Assembly (NCBI GenBank): GCA_036443455.1
Contig: JAZFYI010000077.1
Span: 1 to 53,523, forward strand
DNA from: Gammaproteobacteria bacterium
GTDB taxonomy: Bacteria; Pseudomonadota; Gammaproteobacteria; Steroidobacterales; MnTg04
Direction: 5' to 3'
DNA length: 53,523 nucleotides
Position 1 is the stretch's first letter. Each line of letters opens with the position of its first letter. Shown here piece by piece: positions 36,947 to 46,709 of the stretch. The position numbers and the translations under genes are program-made. Under the pieces are notes generated by a model. That model saw only the letters and a list, made by a program, of their open reading frames with translations, was not told the DNA's origin and ran no database searches.

Positions 36947-37854
36947 TGAGTACGCCGCTGACGAGGCTGAAGCAGATCCAGTGGCGGTGGTGGCTGGCCC
37001 AGCTCAGGGAGTACGCATTGTTGATGCGGCTCGACAAGCCCATCGGCACCTTGCTTTTGCTGTGGCCCGCCATGTGGGCGTTATGGCTCGCAGGTGAAGG
37101 CCGGCCCGATCCAAGGATTTTCGTCATTTTCGTAGGCGGTGTTTTCCTGATGCGCTCGGCAGGTTGCGTCATCAATGATTTTGCAGACCGAAAAGTGGAC
37201 CCGCACGTTGCGAGAACCAAGAACCGCCCACTGGCGGCGGGCCGGGTCAGCCCGCAGGAGGCGCTGATGCTCGCGGGCGGCCTCGCACTGGTGGCGCTCG
37301 GCCTGGTGCTGATGCTCGACCAGCAGGCGTTGATGTGGGCGGTGCCGGCCGCGGCCATTGCCGGCGCCTATCCGTTCCTGAAGCGCTATACGAATTTTCC
37401 GCAATTCTATCTCGGGGTCGCTTTTTCGTGGAGCATACCGATGGCGTACGCCGCACAGACGGGCGGGGTAACGCGGATCACCTGGTTGCTTTTCATCGCC
37501 AACCTTTCCTGGGTCGTCGCATACGACACGCAATACGCAATGGTCGACAAGAAAGACGATCTGCGCATCGGCGTCAAATCGACGGCGATCGCTTTTGGCG
37601 ATCTCGACCGGCTCTGGATCGGCGTATTCCAGGGCTTGTGCCTGCTCACTTTGTACCTGGTTGGCAAGGGCACAGGCCTGGGGGGCTGGTTCAATCTTGG
37701 CCTCGTTGCCGCCGGGCTGATGTTTGCATGGCAACAATTTCTGACGCGGCGTCGCGAGCCCGACGCCTGTTTCCAGGCATTTCTACACAACCGTTATGTC
37801 GGCGCCGCCGTCTTCGGTGGGCTCATTCTGCATTACACCTTCATACCCATCTGA
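36946..37854 (+). CDS. ubiA: 4-hydroxybenzoate polyprenyltransferase
   Basis: The ATG at 36946 overlaps the ubiC TGA (TGATG). LMRLDKPIGT.LLLWP..WAL, the NDxxDrxxD motif (NDFADRKVD) and YDT.YAM.D..DD..IGVKSTAI are present. Confidence 0.92.
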   Translation: MSTPLTRLKQIQWRWWLAQLREYALLMRLDKPIGTLLLLWPAMWALWLAGEGRPDPRIFVIFVGGVFLMRSAGCVINDFADRKVDPHVARTKNRPLAAGRVSPQEALMLAGGLALVALGLVLMLDQQALMWAVPAAAIAGAYPFLKRYTNFPQFYLGVAFSWSIPMAYAAQTGGVTRITWLLFIANLSWVVAYDTQYAMVDKKDDLRIGVKSTAIAFGDLDRLWIGVFQGLCLLTLYLVGKGTGLGGWFNLGLVAAGLMFAWQQFLTRRREPDACFQAFLHNRYVGAAVFGGLILHYTFIPI

Positions 37855-37878
37855 CCCGGTTTCTCGTGGCTTACTTCC

Positions 37879-38157
37879 TTAACCCCGGGATTTTTTTATT
37901 GCGGCGCGCGCTTCTTTGGCCAACTCATAACAACGCTCGTGCTCGTCGGCCAGTTGCATGGCTTTTGCCGCGCTCAGCAAGCCGACTGCCTTGGCAAGGC
38001 TGAGGGTGCCACCGACGCCTGCCGCCTCGGCCAGGTCCAGTTCCGCCCAGCCGCGGGATAGCTCTTCCGGGCAGGTCTCGGTGTACGGCCTGTACCCGGT
38101 GCAGCCGGCCAGGAAACCGCAACACAGCAGGGCAAGACGGGTTTTTTTGCTCAGCAT
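37879..38157 (-). CDS. Small hypothetical lipoprotein
   Basis: MLSKKTRLALLCCGFLAGC carries a lipobox and is followed by a helical Ala-rich domain. No family recognised. Confidence 0.4.
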   Translation of the reverse strand: MLSKKTRLALLCCGFLAGCTGYRPYTETCPEELSRGWAELDLAEAAGVGGTLSLAKAVGLLSAAKAMQLADEHERCYELAKEARAAIKKSRG

Positions 38158-38215
38158 CGAAAGTCTCAATTAATAGCAACGCCACAGGGGCAATCATTAT
38201 TACCGTATTTCGAAC

Positions 38216-39802
38216 TCACGGCATCTCCGTCAACGCACCGGGATTCAGCTCCCGTACGAGCCCGGTTGTGATGCGGGCCGCCTGGGCGAATATCGATAGC
38301 TGTGGATTGGCACCGACGCTGGTTGGAAAAACGGAACCATCGACAACCGTCAGGTTCTCGAGTTGATGGTGCCTGCCGCTGGCCGCAATCACCGATGCGC
38401 GCGGATTCGCTCCCATGCCACACCCGCCCATCAGGTGTGCGCTAAACAAGGCTGCCTGGTAACGCGCCAGCGGTAAACGGTCAATCTGTGCCTTGACGCC
38501 ATCGAGGCTGGTATCGAATTCGCCGCCGAGATGACCGGGCATCACTGCGCGCGCGCCGGCGGCAAACTGAATCTCGGCCATCGCGTGCCAGGCCCGTCGT
38601 ACACCATCCCACAGGTGGTCGTTGAGCGGGTAATCGAGGATACCCCGGCCATCGCCCTGGAGCTGTACTTCGCCACCGGGACTTTGTTCATCGAAGCCAT
38701 CGCGTTGCAGCGCAAGCAATGCATTGAGCCTCGGCAAATCCTGCATGCCCGCCGCAAGCTTCCGGCCGTGCCAGCCCAGGATGCCGGCAGCCAGCCCCGG
38801 GTGGATCGGCGGCACCTCGAGTTTGAACCCGGCCGGACCCTCGGCGCCGTCAGGCCACTGATAATGATCGCTGTATATGCTTTGCGGCGCACCATAGTAC
38901 CCATCCACCGCCGTCGGCATGCGGGCAAGGCTGGTGCTGGTCGGATGCAAAAAGCTGCGCTTGCCGAGCACGCGGTAAGGATCGGGCGCGTTGGAACGCA
39001 TCAGCAGCGCCGGGCTGTGGATCGCTCCGCCGGCGAGCAAATAATTTTTCGCACGAATCCGCAGCGTCACGCCGGTCGGATTGATGCTTTTCGCATCCAG
39101 CGCCTGGGCCATCAGCGCCTCGACCCGGTCGCGCCGGATTTCCAGCTTCCACGCGCGGGTTCGGACATAGAGGCTGGCGCCATATTCGAGCGCGCCGGGA
39201 ATCGTCGTCACCAGCATCGACTGCTTGGCGTCCAGCGGGCAACCCATGCCGCAATAGCCGAGGTTGGCGCAGCCGCTGACATTACGGGGAATGACCGCCC
39301 ATTGCAGACCGAGCCTTGCACACCCCGATCTGAGCACATCGTTATTGGCATTGGGCGCAACGTCCCAGGGTTTGATATTGAATCTGTGCTCCGCCCAGTC
39401 GAACCACGTCGCCAGCTTTTCTGCCGATACTTCCGCCAAACCGAAACGATTTACCCAGTACCCGAGGGTCTGGTCGGGGGTACGCAGGCTGGTGGTCCAG
39501 TTGACGGTGGTGCCGCCGCCGACTGCCCGTCCGCGGAGGATTGCGATGCTGTGGTCGGCGGTTGCCAGGTTAGCGCCTTCAGCATAGAGGCGGTTATATG
39601 CCCGCTGCTCCTGCATATCGAAGTCCCGGCCGAGCTGCAGCGGGCCGGTCTCGAGCATGATGACCCGCAGGCCGGATTTGGCCATTAACTCGGCGGCCAC
39701 GCCACCGCCCGCACCGGTGCCCACGATGACCACATCCGCCTCGAGCCGTTGATCGGTCTGCAGCCGCGTGCCATCGACCACATGATGATGTGCGGCGATC
39801 AT
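38216..39802 (-). CDS. GMC family FAD-dependent oxidoreductase
   Basis: The N-terminal Rossmann motif DVVIVGTGAGGG is present. The C-terminus has ...HLMGGCGMG and VVDGSVFPTS.G.NP, typical of GMC enzymes. Confidence 0.85.
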   Translation of the reverse strand: MIAAHHHVVDGTRLQTDQRLEADVVIVGTGAGGGVAAELMAKSGLRVIMLETGPLQLGRDFDMQEQRAYNRLYAEGANLATADHSIAILRGRAVGGGTTVNWTTSLRTPDQTLGYWVNRFGLAEVSAEKLATWFDWAEHRFNIKPWDVAPNANNDVLRSGCARLGLQWAVIPRNVSGCANLGYCGMGCPLDAKQSMLVTTIPGALEYGASLYVRTRAWKLEIRRDRVEALMAQALDAKSINPTGVTLRIRAKNYLLAGGAIHSPALLMRSNAPDPYRVLGKRSFLHPTSTSLARMPTAVDGYYGAPQSIYSDHYQWPDGAEGPAGFKLEVPPIHPGLAAGILGWHGRKLAAGMQDLPRLNALLALQRDGFDEQSPGGEVQLQGDGRGILDYPLNDHLWDGVRRAWHAMAEIQFAAGARAVMPGHLGGEFDTSLDGVKAQIDRLPLARYQAALFSAHLMGGCGMGANPRASVIAASGRHHQLENLTVVDGSVFPTSVGANPQLSIFAQAARITTGLVRELNPGALTEMP

Positions 39803-39805
39803 CGA

Positions 39806-40393
39806 TCAAGCCTCGTGTATGGCACTTTTTCCGGCCGCCCATGAAGGCGGCCCCGGGTAACCGGACTGCCGGTAATTCGCCGGCAGTGCAAACCAGTTGG
39901 TCGCCAGCAGCCGGGTCAGCGTGCGGTATGCCAGGTTGAAGCGGCCGACCGACGATTTTCTCCAGTTATGCAAAAAGGCATCGATCTCTGCATCAGTTGC
40001 CTCGTGCAGCGGTTTCCAAAGACCGGTCAGCAGCCAGCGCGTGATCCGATAATCCAGCGCGGCCAGCAGGCGCGCCAACTGCTCGCGGCTGGCGCCGCTC
40101 AAACTGGAAACGCTGGTTGACACAGCCGCCAACAGGTTGTCCAGGCTGTCTTTCCTCGCGGCTGGCTGCGCCGGCAACAGCCCCTGCAGGATGGCCGGCG
40201 CCAGCATACGCAGCACTCGGATTTCGGCGTTGGCCAACGGAACTCTCAGGACGTTGGCCGAACTGCACGCGGATACGACACCACCGGTTCCCGCCAGCCA
40301 CGCGACGCCCGCCAGCCCGCCCAGAAACCGTCTTCGTTGCGGATCGAAGGATCGGATTTCCCGCGAATCCTGCTCGCTGATATCCCAATTCAT
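39806..40393 (-). CDS. Tat-signal small subunit (gluconate 2-dehydrogenase subunit 3-like) partner of the GMC oxidoreductase
   Basis: ATG 40393. It has the twin-arginine motif QRRRFLGGLAGVAWLAGTGG and lies 4 nt upstream of the GMC gene. Confidence 0.6.
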   Translation of the reverse strand: MNWDISEQDSREIRSFDPQRRRFLGGLAGVAWLAGTGGVVSACSSANVLRVPLANAEIRVLRMLAPAILQGLLPAQPAARKDSLDNLLAAVSTSVSSLSGASREQLARLLAALDYRITRWLLTGLWKPLHEATDAEIDAFLHNWRKSSVGRFNLAYRTLTRLLATNWFALPANYRQSGYPGPPSWAAGKSAIHEA

Positions 40394-40431
40394 CAGCGCA
40401 AAATAACGCCGGCCGGTTGCGGCCGCAAGCC

Positions 40432-41163
40432 TCAGGCCCGGGCCAGGCACCACACCAGCACCTGCCCGGTGCCCTGGCTTTTGAAAGTACGGGCAAGTTC
40501 GGCGCAGGTGCTGCCGGTCGTCATGACATCGTCGATGATAACGATGCGCTCCGGAACCGTTTTGCCGCGCAGCGCAAATGCTTTTTGCACATTTTTATGC
40601 CGCTCTTCGGCGCGCATTGCGCTTTGCGCCGCGGTATCGCGAACCCGACCGCACAACTCGCTGCGAATGGCCAGCGGATGGATCAGGCCAATCGTTCGCG
40701 CCAGCTCGGTGGCCTGGTTGAAGCCACGTTGCCACCACCGCCGTCGATGCAACGGAACCGGCACGACGATCGGCGGTGCGGTCCGGGCGGCGGCCATCGA
40801 GATCGGCCGCCGGATGCCGTTGAGATGGTGAGCCAGCAACCTCCCCAGGACGCGGCCCATCGCCAGGTTTGCACCGAACTTGAATTGCTGAATCATTTTG
40901 TCGATCGGCCAGGCGTAGCGATACGGGGCGATAACCCGTTCGAATGGCGGCGGGGTTTTCTGGCAGGCCCCGCAAATCATCCCATCGCCAGCCGCCGGCC
41001 GAGCGCAAACTGCACAAGCATCGGTCAAGCGCGGTAAATCGCGATAGCATCCGGCGCACAAATCCAGCACCGCTGCCGCCAGGCCGGGGCCATCGCAAAG
41101 GACGCACCTGGGCTTCAATAAAACGGCTTGCACGCGCAGCAGCTTGCGCGATATTACTGACAT
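40432..41163 (-). CDS. comF: ComF family protein (phosphoribosyltransferase domain)
   Basis: N-terminal Cys pairs (CVLCDG...CAGC, CAVC...CGAC) are followed by the PRT motif VIIDDVMTTGST. Start taken at ATG 41163. Confidence 0.75.
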   Translation of the reverse strand: MSVISRKLLRVQAVLLKPRCVLCDGPGLAAAVLDLCAGCYRDLPRLTDACAVCARPAAGDGMICGACQKTPPPFERVIAPYRYAWPIDKMIQQFKFGANLAMGRVLGRLLAHHLNGIRRPISMAAARTAPPIVVPVPLHRRRWWQRGFNQATELARTIGLIHPLAIRSELCGRVRDTAAQSAMRAEERHKNVQKAFALRGKTVPERIVIIDDVMTTGSTCAELARTFKSQGTGQVLVWCLARA

Positions 41164-41414
41164 TCGATGCACCCGCCCAACCGATCTCCAATGACCACGA
41201 TGAGTATGTGGATCGCGCGCGGACGCCGACAGGGTCATATCCGCGCCGACTCGCTAGATAATTCGGCAACAGGGTCTGAAAACCCAAAGGCAGGCGCCCA
41301 TGCCGCCGGCAATCTGCGCTGCCGCTTACCGGAGCGGCCTGAGCAAGTGTAGAAACACGGGCCGTGAACGGTGAATAATAGACAGACCATGCCAAACGAC
41401 GCTTACCAGGAATA

Positions 41415-42296
41415 ATGAACGACCGCCAGGACCGGTTTTTCCATCCGGACGCCACCCGGGTCAGACAGGCTTTCAATCGGTCTGCCAACAGCTATGACCA
41501 GGCGGCGGTTCTCGAACTAGAGGTCATGGAACGCCTGCTGCAAAGGCTGGACCTGGTGCGCCTGGAACCGGAACTGATCCTGGACGCCGGCGCCGGCACT
41601 GGCAGGGCAATCCCGAGTCTCAGACGCCGCTATCCTGCGAGTCGCATACTCGCGGTCGATTTCGCCGAGCAAATGGTCGCTGCCGCGCCACCGTCGATCG
41701 ATGGCCAGCACGCAATCTGCGCCGACCTGGCGCGGCTGCCGTTGCCCGATGACAGCGTAGACCTGGTGTTTTGCAGCCTGGCTTTGCCCTGGATAGCCGA
41801 TATAGACCGGGTGTTCGGCGAATTCTACCGTGTGCTGAAACCACATGGCCTGGTCAGCTTCAGCAGTTATGGTCCGGATACCTTGTATGAACTGTTCCAG
41901 GCCTGGTCGGAGACAGACCCTGAGCGGCGCTTCCTGGAATTTCCCGATATGCATAATATCGGTGACGCACTGGTCCACAGCGGGCTGGCGGAGCCCGTCA
42001 TGGACGCGGAACATTTTACGCTCACTTACGACAGCGTGCGAAAATTGCTCGATGACCTGATCGACACCGGTGCACAAAATGTGATCCAGGGCACAATGCC
42101 GAAACTGGCGAGCGGGCAAAATGTCGGTGCACTGGCGGATGCCTACGAGTGTTTTCGGCACCAGGGCAAACTCCCCGCCACTTATGAAGTGGTCTACGGG
42201 CACGCCTGGGGGCCGATCGAGAAAAGAGCGCGGCCGGCGGGTCCGGGTGAGTTCCGAATTCCCGCCAGTGGCATCGGTCTGCGAAAAAAGGTCTGA
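41415..42296 (+). CDS. bioC: Malonyl-[ACP] O-methyltransferase
   Basis: F.R.A.SYD..A.L..EV..RLL.RLD, the SAM motif LDAGAGTG and its position upstream of bioD support the call. Confidence 0.85.
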   Translation: MNDRQDRFFHPDATRVRQAFNRSANSYDQAAVLELEVMERLLQRLDLVRLEPELILDAGAGTGRAIPSLRRRYPASRILAVDFAEQMVAAAPPSIDGQHAICADLARLPLPDDSVDLVFCSLALPWIADIDRVFGEFYRVLKPHGLVSFSSYGPDTLYELFQAWSETDPERRFLEFPDMHNIGDALVHSGLAEPVMDAEHFTLTYDSVRKLLDDLIDTGAQNVIQGTMPKLASGQNVGALADAYECFRHQGKLPATYEVVYGHAWGPIEKRARPAGPGEFRIPASGIGLRKKV

Positions 42297-42301
42297 ATTC
42301 A

Positions 42302-42988
42302 ATGAGTCGAGGACTGTTCATTACCGGGACGGATATCGGTGTCGGCAAGACCCTGATCACCAGCGCCCTGCTCCAGGCATTGGGGGCCGAAGGGCATACC
42401 ACGCTGGCGATGAAACCGGTTGCGACGGGTTGCTGGCAGACGGCGGACGGTCTGCGGAGCGAAGACGCGGAAGAATTGATCGCGGCGATGAACCAGGATG
42501 CGAGCTACCGGGAAGTGAACCCGGTGGCGCTGGAAACGACCGCCGAACCGATCGTCTCGGCCATACAGAACCGGGTCAATTTCACGACCGACGAATTAGC
42601 GGCCCAGGCGGTTAGCCTGGCCAGGAGAGCCGACTGGCTGCTGATCGAAGGACCCGGGGGCGTACAGACCCCGATCACCGGCAAGGACACGACGGCGGAT
42701 CTGGCTCTCGCGATCGGCTTTCCGGTCGTGCTGATCGTCGGTCTGCGGGTCGGCTGCCTCAATCACGCCACTTTGAGCGTTGAATTGCTGCAACAGAAAG
42801 GGCTTCGGATCGCCGGCTGGATCGGCAACGAGCATGACGGTGCAATGGCCGAACTCGAACCCACTGTACACAAGCTGGAGAAACAAATACCAGCGGATTG
42901 CCTCGCGATCATACGCTGGCAACCCCGCCTGGACCGGCAACGACTGGCCAGGCAACTGCACCCGGCGGCAAGAAAAATCAGCCGTTGA
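42302..42988 (+). CDS. bioD: Dethiobiotin synthase
   Basis: FITGTDIGVGKT P-loop, .KPVA.G and LIEG.GG are present. Confidence 0.92.
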   Translation: MSRGLFITGTDIGVGKTLITSALLQALGAEGHTTLAMKPVATGCWQTADGLRSEDAEELIAAMNQDASYREVNPVALETTAEPIVSAIQNRVNFTTDELAAQAVSLARRADWLLIEGPGGVQTPITGKDTTADLALAIGFPVVLIVGLRVGCLNHATLSVELLQQKGLRIAGWIGNEHDGAMAELEPTVHKLEKQIPADCLAIIRWQPRLDRQRLARQLHPAARKISR

Positions 42989-43044
42989 TAAAGGGAAACT
43001 GATGGTTTCGCCTGAAACCTGTAATGCGTCCGATCGGGTGCGGG

Positions 43045-43070
43045 TCCGTGTGCCGCCGGCACGGTTTTCT
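43045..43070 (+). terminator. Candidate intrinsic terminator after bioD
   Basis: CCGTG(tg)CC-GCC-GGCACGG is followed by TTTTCTT. The stem is imperfect (2-nt bulge). Confidence 0.4.
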
Positions 43071-43235
43071 TGCACCCAAAATAGGCATCAAGTAGCATAA
43101 GCGCGCCTTGGTCATGAGCCGCTCCTGACCTATAAACCAAGAAAATCCGCGGCGCGGGTACTGGTAATCCAAAGCGGGAATCGGTCCCGGTGAATACCTC
43201 GGCATAAAAATCAGAAACATAGGGAGTTGGGATTG

Positions 43236-44387
43236 ATGACCAACAGTTCTGGATTCCGCCTGGCCGGAAAAATTACGACGCTTCTTGGTCTGATGATTAT
43301 CGCGCCGACCGCTTTTGCCGACATGGTGCTGAACCTCAGACGCGGCGTTACCGACATCAGTCAGACCGTTTATGAGCTGCACATGCTGATCCTCTGGGTG
43401 TGCGTGGTTATCGCCATCGTCGTGTTTGGCATAATGATCGTATCCATTGTCCTGCACCGGCGTTCGCGCGGAGCCGAGGCGGCCGGCTTCTCGCACAGTA
43501 CGAAGGCGGAGCTGATCTGGACGATTATCCCGGTCATTATCCTGATCTGGATGGCCGTGCCGGCCGCAAAAACCCTGGTGGTCATGGAAGATTTTCGCGA
43601 CTCCGAGATGACGATCAAGGTTACCGGTTACCAGTGGAAATGGCATTACTCGTACCTGGGAACGGAAGTCGATTTCTTCAGCACGCTGGCCAGATCGAGC
43701 AACATAGCCCGCCAGCTCCGCTCGGGCGTCGATCCTTTCTCGGTTGAAAACTATTTGCTGGACGTAGACAAGCCGCTGGTTGTTCCTGTCGATACCAAGA
43801 TTCGATTGCTGATCACATCGAACGATGTGATTCATGCCTGGTGGATGCCGAGCTTCGCCGTCAAAAAAGACGCCATCCCGGGATTCATCAACGAGGTCTG
43901 GTTCAAGGCCAATGAAACCGGCACCTTTAGGGGGCAGTGCGCCGAGCTTTGCGGGAGGGGTCATGGTTTCATGCCGATCGTTGTCGATGTATTGAGCCGG
44001 CAGGATTACGCAGCCTGGATCGACGCCAAAGGCAGAGGCGAGACCGTTGCCATGGTTGATTCGACGGCGGCCGCGGAAGCACCGGCGGCAGCCAGGGAAT
44101 TGAGCGGTGAGGAACTGTACAACATCAGTTGCGGCGCCTGCCATCAGGCCAATGGCCAGGGTCTGCCGCCGACATTCCCGAGCCTGGTCGACAGCGCGAT
44201 GGTCGATGGCCCGATCGCGGAACATATCGATATCGTGATGAACGGTCGCGTCGGCACAGCCATGGTCGGATTTTCGACCCAACTCAGCGATGCAGAGCTG
44301 GCCGCCATCATTAGCTATGAACGCAACGCCTGGGGGCTGAACAGCGGTGATACCGTACAAGCCTCGGATATCGCAGCAGCAAGATAA
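43236..44387 (+). CDS. coxB: Cytochrome c oxidase subunit II with C-terminal cytochrome c domain
   Basis: ATG 43236 with AGGGAG 9 nt upstream. The CuA site is HAWWMPSF...CAELCG.GH..M, and the C-terminus carries the heme c motif CGACHQ. Confidence 0.92.
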   Translation: MTNSSGFRLAGKITTLLGLMIIAPTAFADMVLNLRRGVTDISQTVYELHMLILWVCVVIAIVVFGIMIVSIVLHRRSRGAEAAGFSHSTKAELIWTIIPVIILIWMAVPAAKTLVVMEDFRDSEMTIKVTGYQWKWHYSYLGTEVDFFSTLARSSNIARQLRSGVDPFSVENYLLDVDKPLVVPVDTKIRLLITSNDVIHAWWMPSFAVKKDAIPGFINEVWFKANETGTFRGQCAELCGRGHGFMPIVVDVLSRQDYAAWIDAKGRGETVAMVDSTAAAEAPAAARELSGEELYNISCGACHQANGQGLPPTFPSLVDSAMVDGPIAEHIDIVMNGRVGTAMVGFSTQLSDAELAAIISYERNAWGLNSGDTVQASDIAAAR

Positions 44388-44392
44388 AATAA

Positions 44393-46003
44393 ATGGAGAA
44401 CAGTATGGGCCCTGAGTACGAGGCCACGGCCGATCAGTATCAAGCAGACGATCACGATCACCACGGTGCACCGAGCGGTATCAAGCGCTGGCTTTTTTCA
44501 ACCAACCACAAAGACATCGGGACCATGTACCTGGTGTTTTCCCTGCTGATGTTTTTTGTCGGCGGAACCATGATCATGATCGTCCGGGCCGAACTGTTCC
44601 AGCCTGGCCTGCAGTTTGTCGATCCCGCGTTTTTTAACCAGATGACCACGATGCATGCGCTGGTCATGGTTTTTGGCGCGATAATGCCGGCATTCGTGGG
44701 CCTGGCCAACTGGATGATACCGATGATGGTCGGCGCCCCCGACATGGCGCTGCCGAGAATGAACAACTGGAGCTTCTGGCTGCTCCCGGTCGGCTTTACC
44801 TTCCTGCTCGCGACGTTGATTATGCCCGGCGGTGCGCCCGCGGCTGGCTGGACCATGTACCCGCCGCTGGTCTTGCAGACCGGTGACGCGTTCCCGTTCC
44901 TGGTGTTTGCCGTTCACATACTCGGTGCGTCCTCGATCATGGGCGCGATCAACATTATCGTGACCATCATGAATATGCGGGCGCCGACGATGACGCTGCT
45001 GAAGATGCCCTTGTTCGTCTGGACCTGGTTTATTACCGCTTTCCTGTTGCTGGCTGCGATGCCAGTTTTTGCGGGCGCGGTAACCATGCTGCTGTTCGAC
45101 CAGTTCTTTGGCTCCCATTTCTTCAATGCCGCGGGCGGCGGCGACCCGGTGATGTTCCAGCACATTTTCTGGTTCTTCGGACATCCCGAGGTCTACATCA
45201 TGATCCTGCCGGCCTTCGGGATCGTTTCGGAAATCATTCCGACCTTTGCCCGTAAACCGCTGTTTGGCTATAACTCGATGGTCTACGCTACCGCCAGCAT
45301 TGCCGTCCTGTCGTTTATCGTCTGGGCGCATCATATGTTCACAGTTGGCATGCCGCTGGCCGGCGAACTGTTTTTCATGTTTTCCACGATGCTGATTGCG
45401 GTGCCTACCGGCGTCAAAGTTTTTAACTGGATAGCAACCATGTGGCGGGGTTCGATGACCTTTGAAACGCCGATGCTGTTTTCGCTGGCGTTCGTGTTCC
45501 TGTTTACGATCGGCGGCTTTTCCGGCCTGATGCTGGCCATTACGCCGGTCGATTTCCAGTATCACGACACTTATTTCGTCGTGGCCCACTTCCATTACGT
45601 GCTGGTACCGGGCTCGTTGTTCGGCATCATGGCGGGGGTCTACTACTGGCTGCCAAAGTGGACCGGTCATATCGTTAACGAAAAGCTCGCCAAGACGCAT
45701 TTCTGGTTGTCGGCGATCTTTGTCAACATTACGTTCTTCCCGCAGCATTTCCTGGGTCTTGCCGGGATGCCGAGACGAATCCCCGACTATTCGACCCAGT
45801 TTGCCGATTTCAACATGATGTCTTCGCTCGGCGCGTTTGGTTTCGGGCTGTCGCAACTGCTGTTCGTTTACATCGTTTACCAGGCCGTCAAGGGCGGTGA
45901 AAAGGCGAGCGGCGAGGTCTGGGACAACCCAAAGGGCCTGGAATGGACCGTGCCCTCACCGGCGCCGCATCACACATTCGAAACCGCACCCGAGGTGAGG
46001 TGA
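44393..46003 (+). CDS. ctaD: Cytochrome c oxidase subunit I
   Basis: WLFSTNHKDIGT.YL, GHPEVYI and the conserved 12-TM core are present. Confidence 0.97.
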   Translation: MENSMGPEYEATADQYQADDHDHHGAPSGIKRWLFSTNHKDIGTMYLVFSLLMFFVGGTMIMIVRAELFQPGLQFVDPAFFNQMTTMHALVMVFGAIMPAFVGLANWMIPMMVGAPDMALPRMNNWSFWLLPVGFTFLLATLIMPGGAPAAGWTMYPPLVLQTGDAFPFLVFAVHILGASSIMGAINIIVTIMNMRAPTMTLLKMPLFVWTWFITAFLLLAAMPVFAGAVTMLLFDQFFGSHFFNAAGGGDPVMFQHIFWFFGHPEVYIMILPAFGIVSEIIPTFARKPLFGYNSMVYATASIAVLSFIVWAHHMFTVGMPLAGELFFMFSTMLIAVPTGVKVFNWIATMWRGSMTFETPMLFSLAFVFLFTIGGFSGLMLAITPVDFQYHDTYFVVAHFHYVLVPGSLFGIMAGVYYWLPKWTGHIVNEKLAKTHFWLSAIFVNITFFPQHFLGLAGMPRRIPDYSTQFADFNMMSSLGAFGFGLSQLLFVYIVYQAVKGGEKASGEVWDNPKGLEWTVPSPAPHHTFETAPEVR

Positions 46004-46015
46004 GCCTGCCGCAAC

Positions 46016-46132
46016 ATGGATTCCCCTGATTCAAAAAAAAAGATCCACGTGACAGCAATTATACTGGGCCTGGTAGCGGCAGGATTTTATGTGTTGATTA
46101 TTGTTGCAACCGGGCTTAGGTCGGCGGGATGA
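46016..46132 (+). CDS. Small single-TM protein (38 aa), likely cytochrome oxidase small assembly protein
   Basis: Not in the ORF track because it is under 60 aa. It translates to [38 protein letters not shown], a basic N-terminus followed by one TM helix. Its TGA overlaps the ctaG ATG (ATGA at 46129-46132), and it lies between ctaD and ctaG. Confidence 0.6.
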   Translation: MDSPDSKKKIHVTAIILGLVAAGFYVLIIVATGLRSAG

Positions 46133-46692
46133 GCAAGCGAAAACACCTCGCGAATTTCAGCCTGACCACGCAGTTGTTTGCGCTGGTCGTGGCCATGTTC
46201 GGTTTTGGTTTTGCGCTGGTTCCACTGTACGACGTTTTTTGCCAGCTTCTCGGCATCGGCGGAAAAACCGCGGCACAAGCCACCGCAGTCGTGGAAGCGC
46301 CTGATTTGAACCGCGAAATCGTCGTCGAATTTGTTACCACCGTCAACGAGGGCGCTCCCTGGGAGTTTCGCGCCGAACGTGCGGAAATGCGGGTTCACCC
46401 GGGCAAGCTTTACCAGGCGACTTTCTTTGCCCGTAATCTGACCGGCCAGCCGCTGGTTGGCCAGGCAGTGCCGAGCGTCGCGCCCGGTCAAGTGGCGAAG
46501 TACTTCAGAAAGACGGAGTGCTTTTGCTTCGAGCAACAGAGTTTTTTCGCCAATGAAGGCCGCGACATGCCGGTTGTATTTATCCTGGATCCGGAAATTC
46601 CACGACATATAGACCGGATCACCTTGTCTTATACATTTTTTGCCATAGAAAACCTGGCGGGCACAGTCACCAGCAATCCGCCCGGGATTTGA
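46129..46692 (+). CDS. ctaG: Cytochrome c oxidase assembly protein CtaG/Cox11
   Basis: VPLY..FC...G.GG and the CFCF motif (TECFCFEQQ) are present. Confidence 0.92.
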   Translation: MSKRKHLANFSLTTQLFALVVAMFGFGFALVPLYDVFCQLLGIGGKTAAQATAVVEAPDLNREIVVEFVTTVNEGAPWEFRAERAEMRVHPGKLYQATFFARNLTGQPLVGQAVPSVAPGQVAKYFRKTECFCFEQQSFFANEGRDMPVVFILDPEIPRHIDRITLSYTFFAIENLAGTVTSNPPGI

Positions 46693-46709
46693 AACGGGGA
46701 TTAGCGTTT

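Noticed and set aside
42994-43019. Mutually exclusive mini-hairpins after bioD: GAAAC/GTTTC versus GGTTTC/GAAACC.
   Set aside because: The stems are only 5-6 bp, which is easily produced by chance. No downstream gene is positioned to be attenuated before the candidate terminator.
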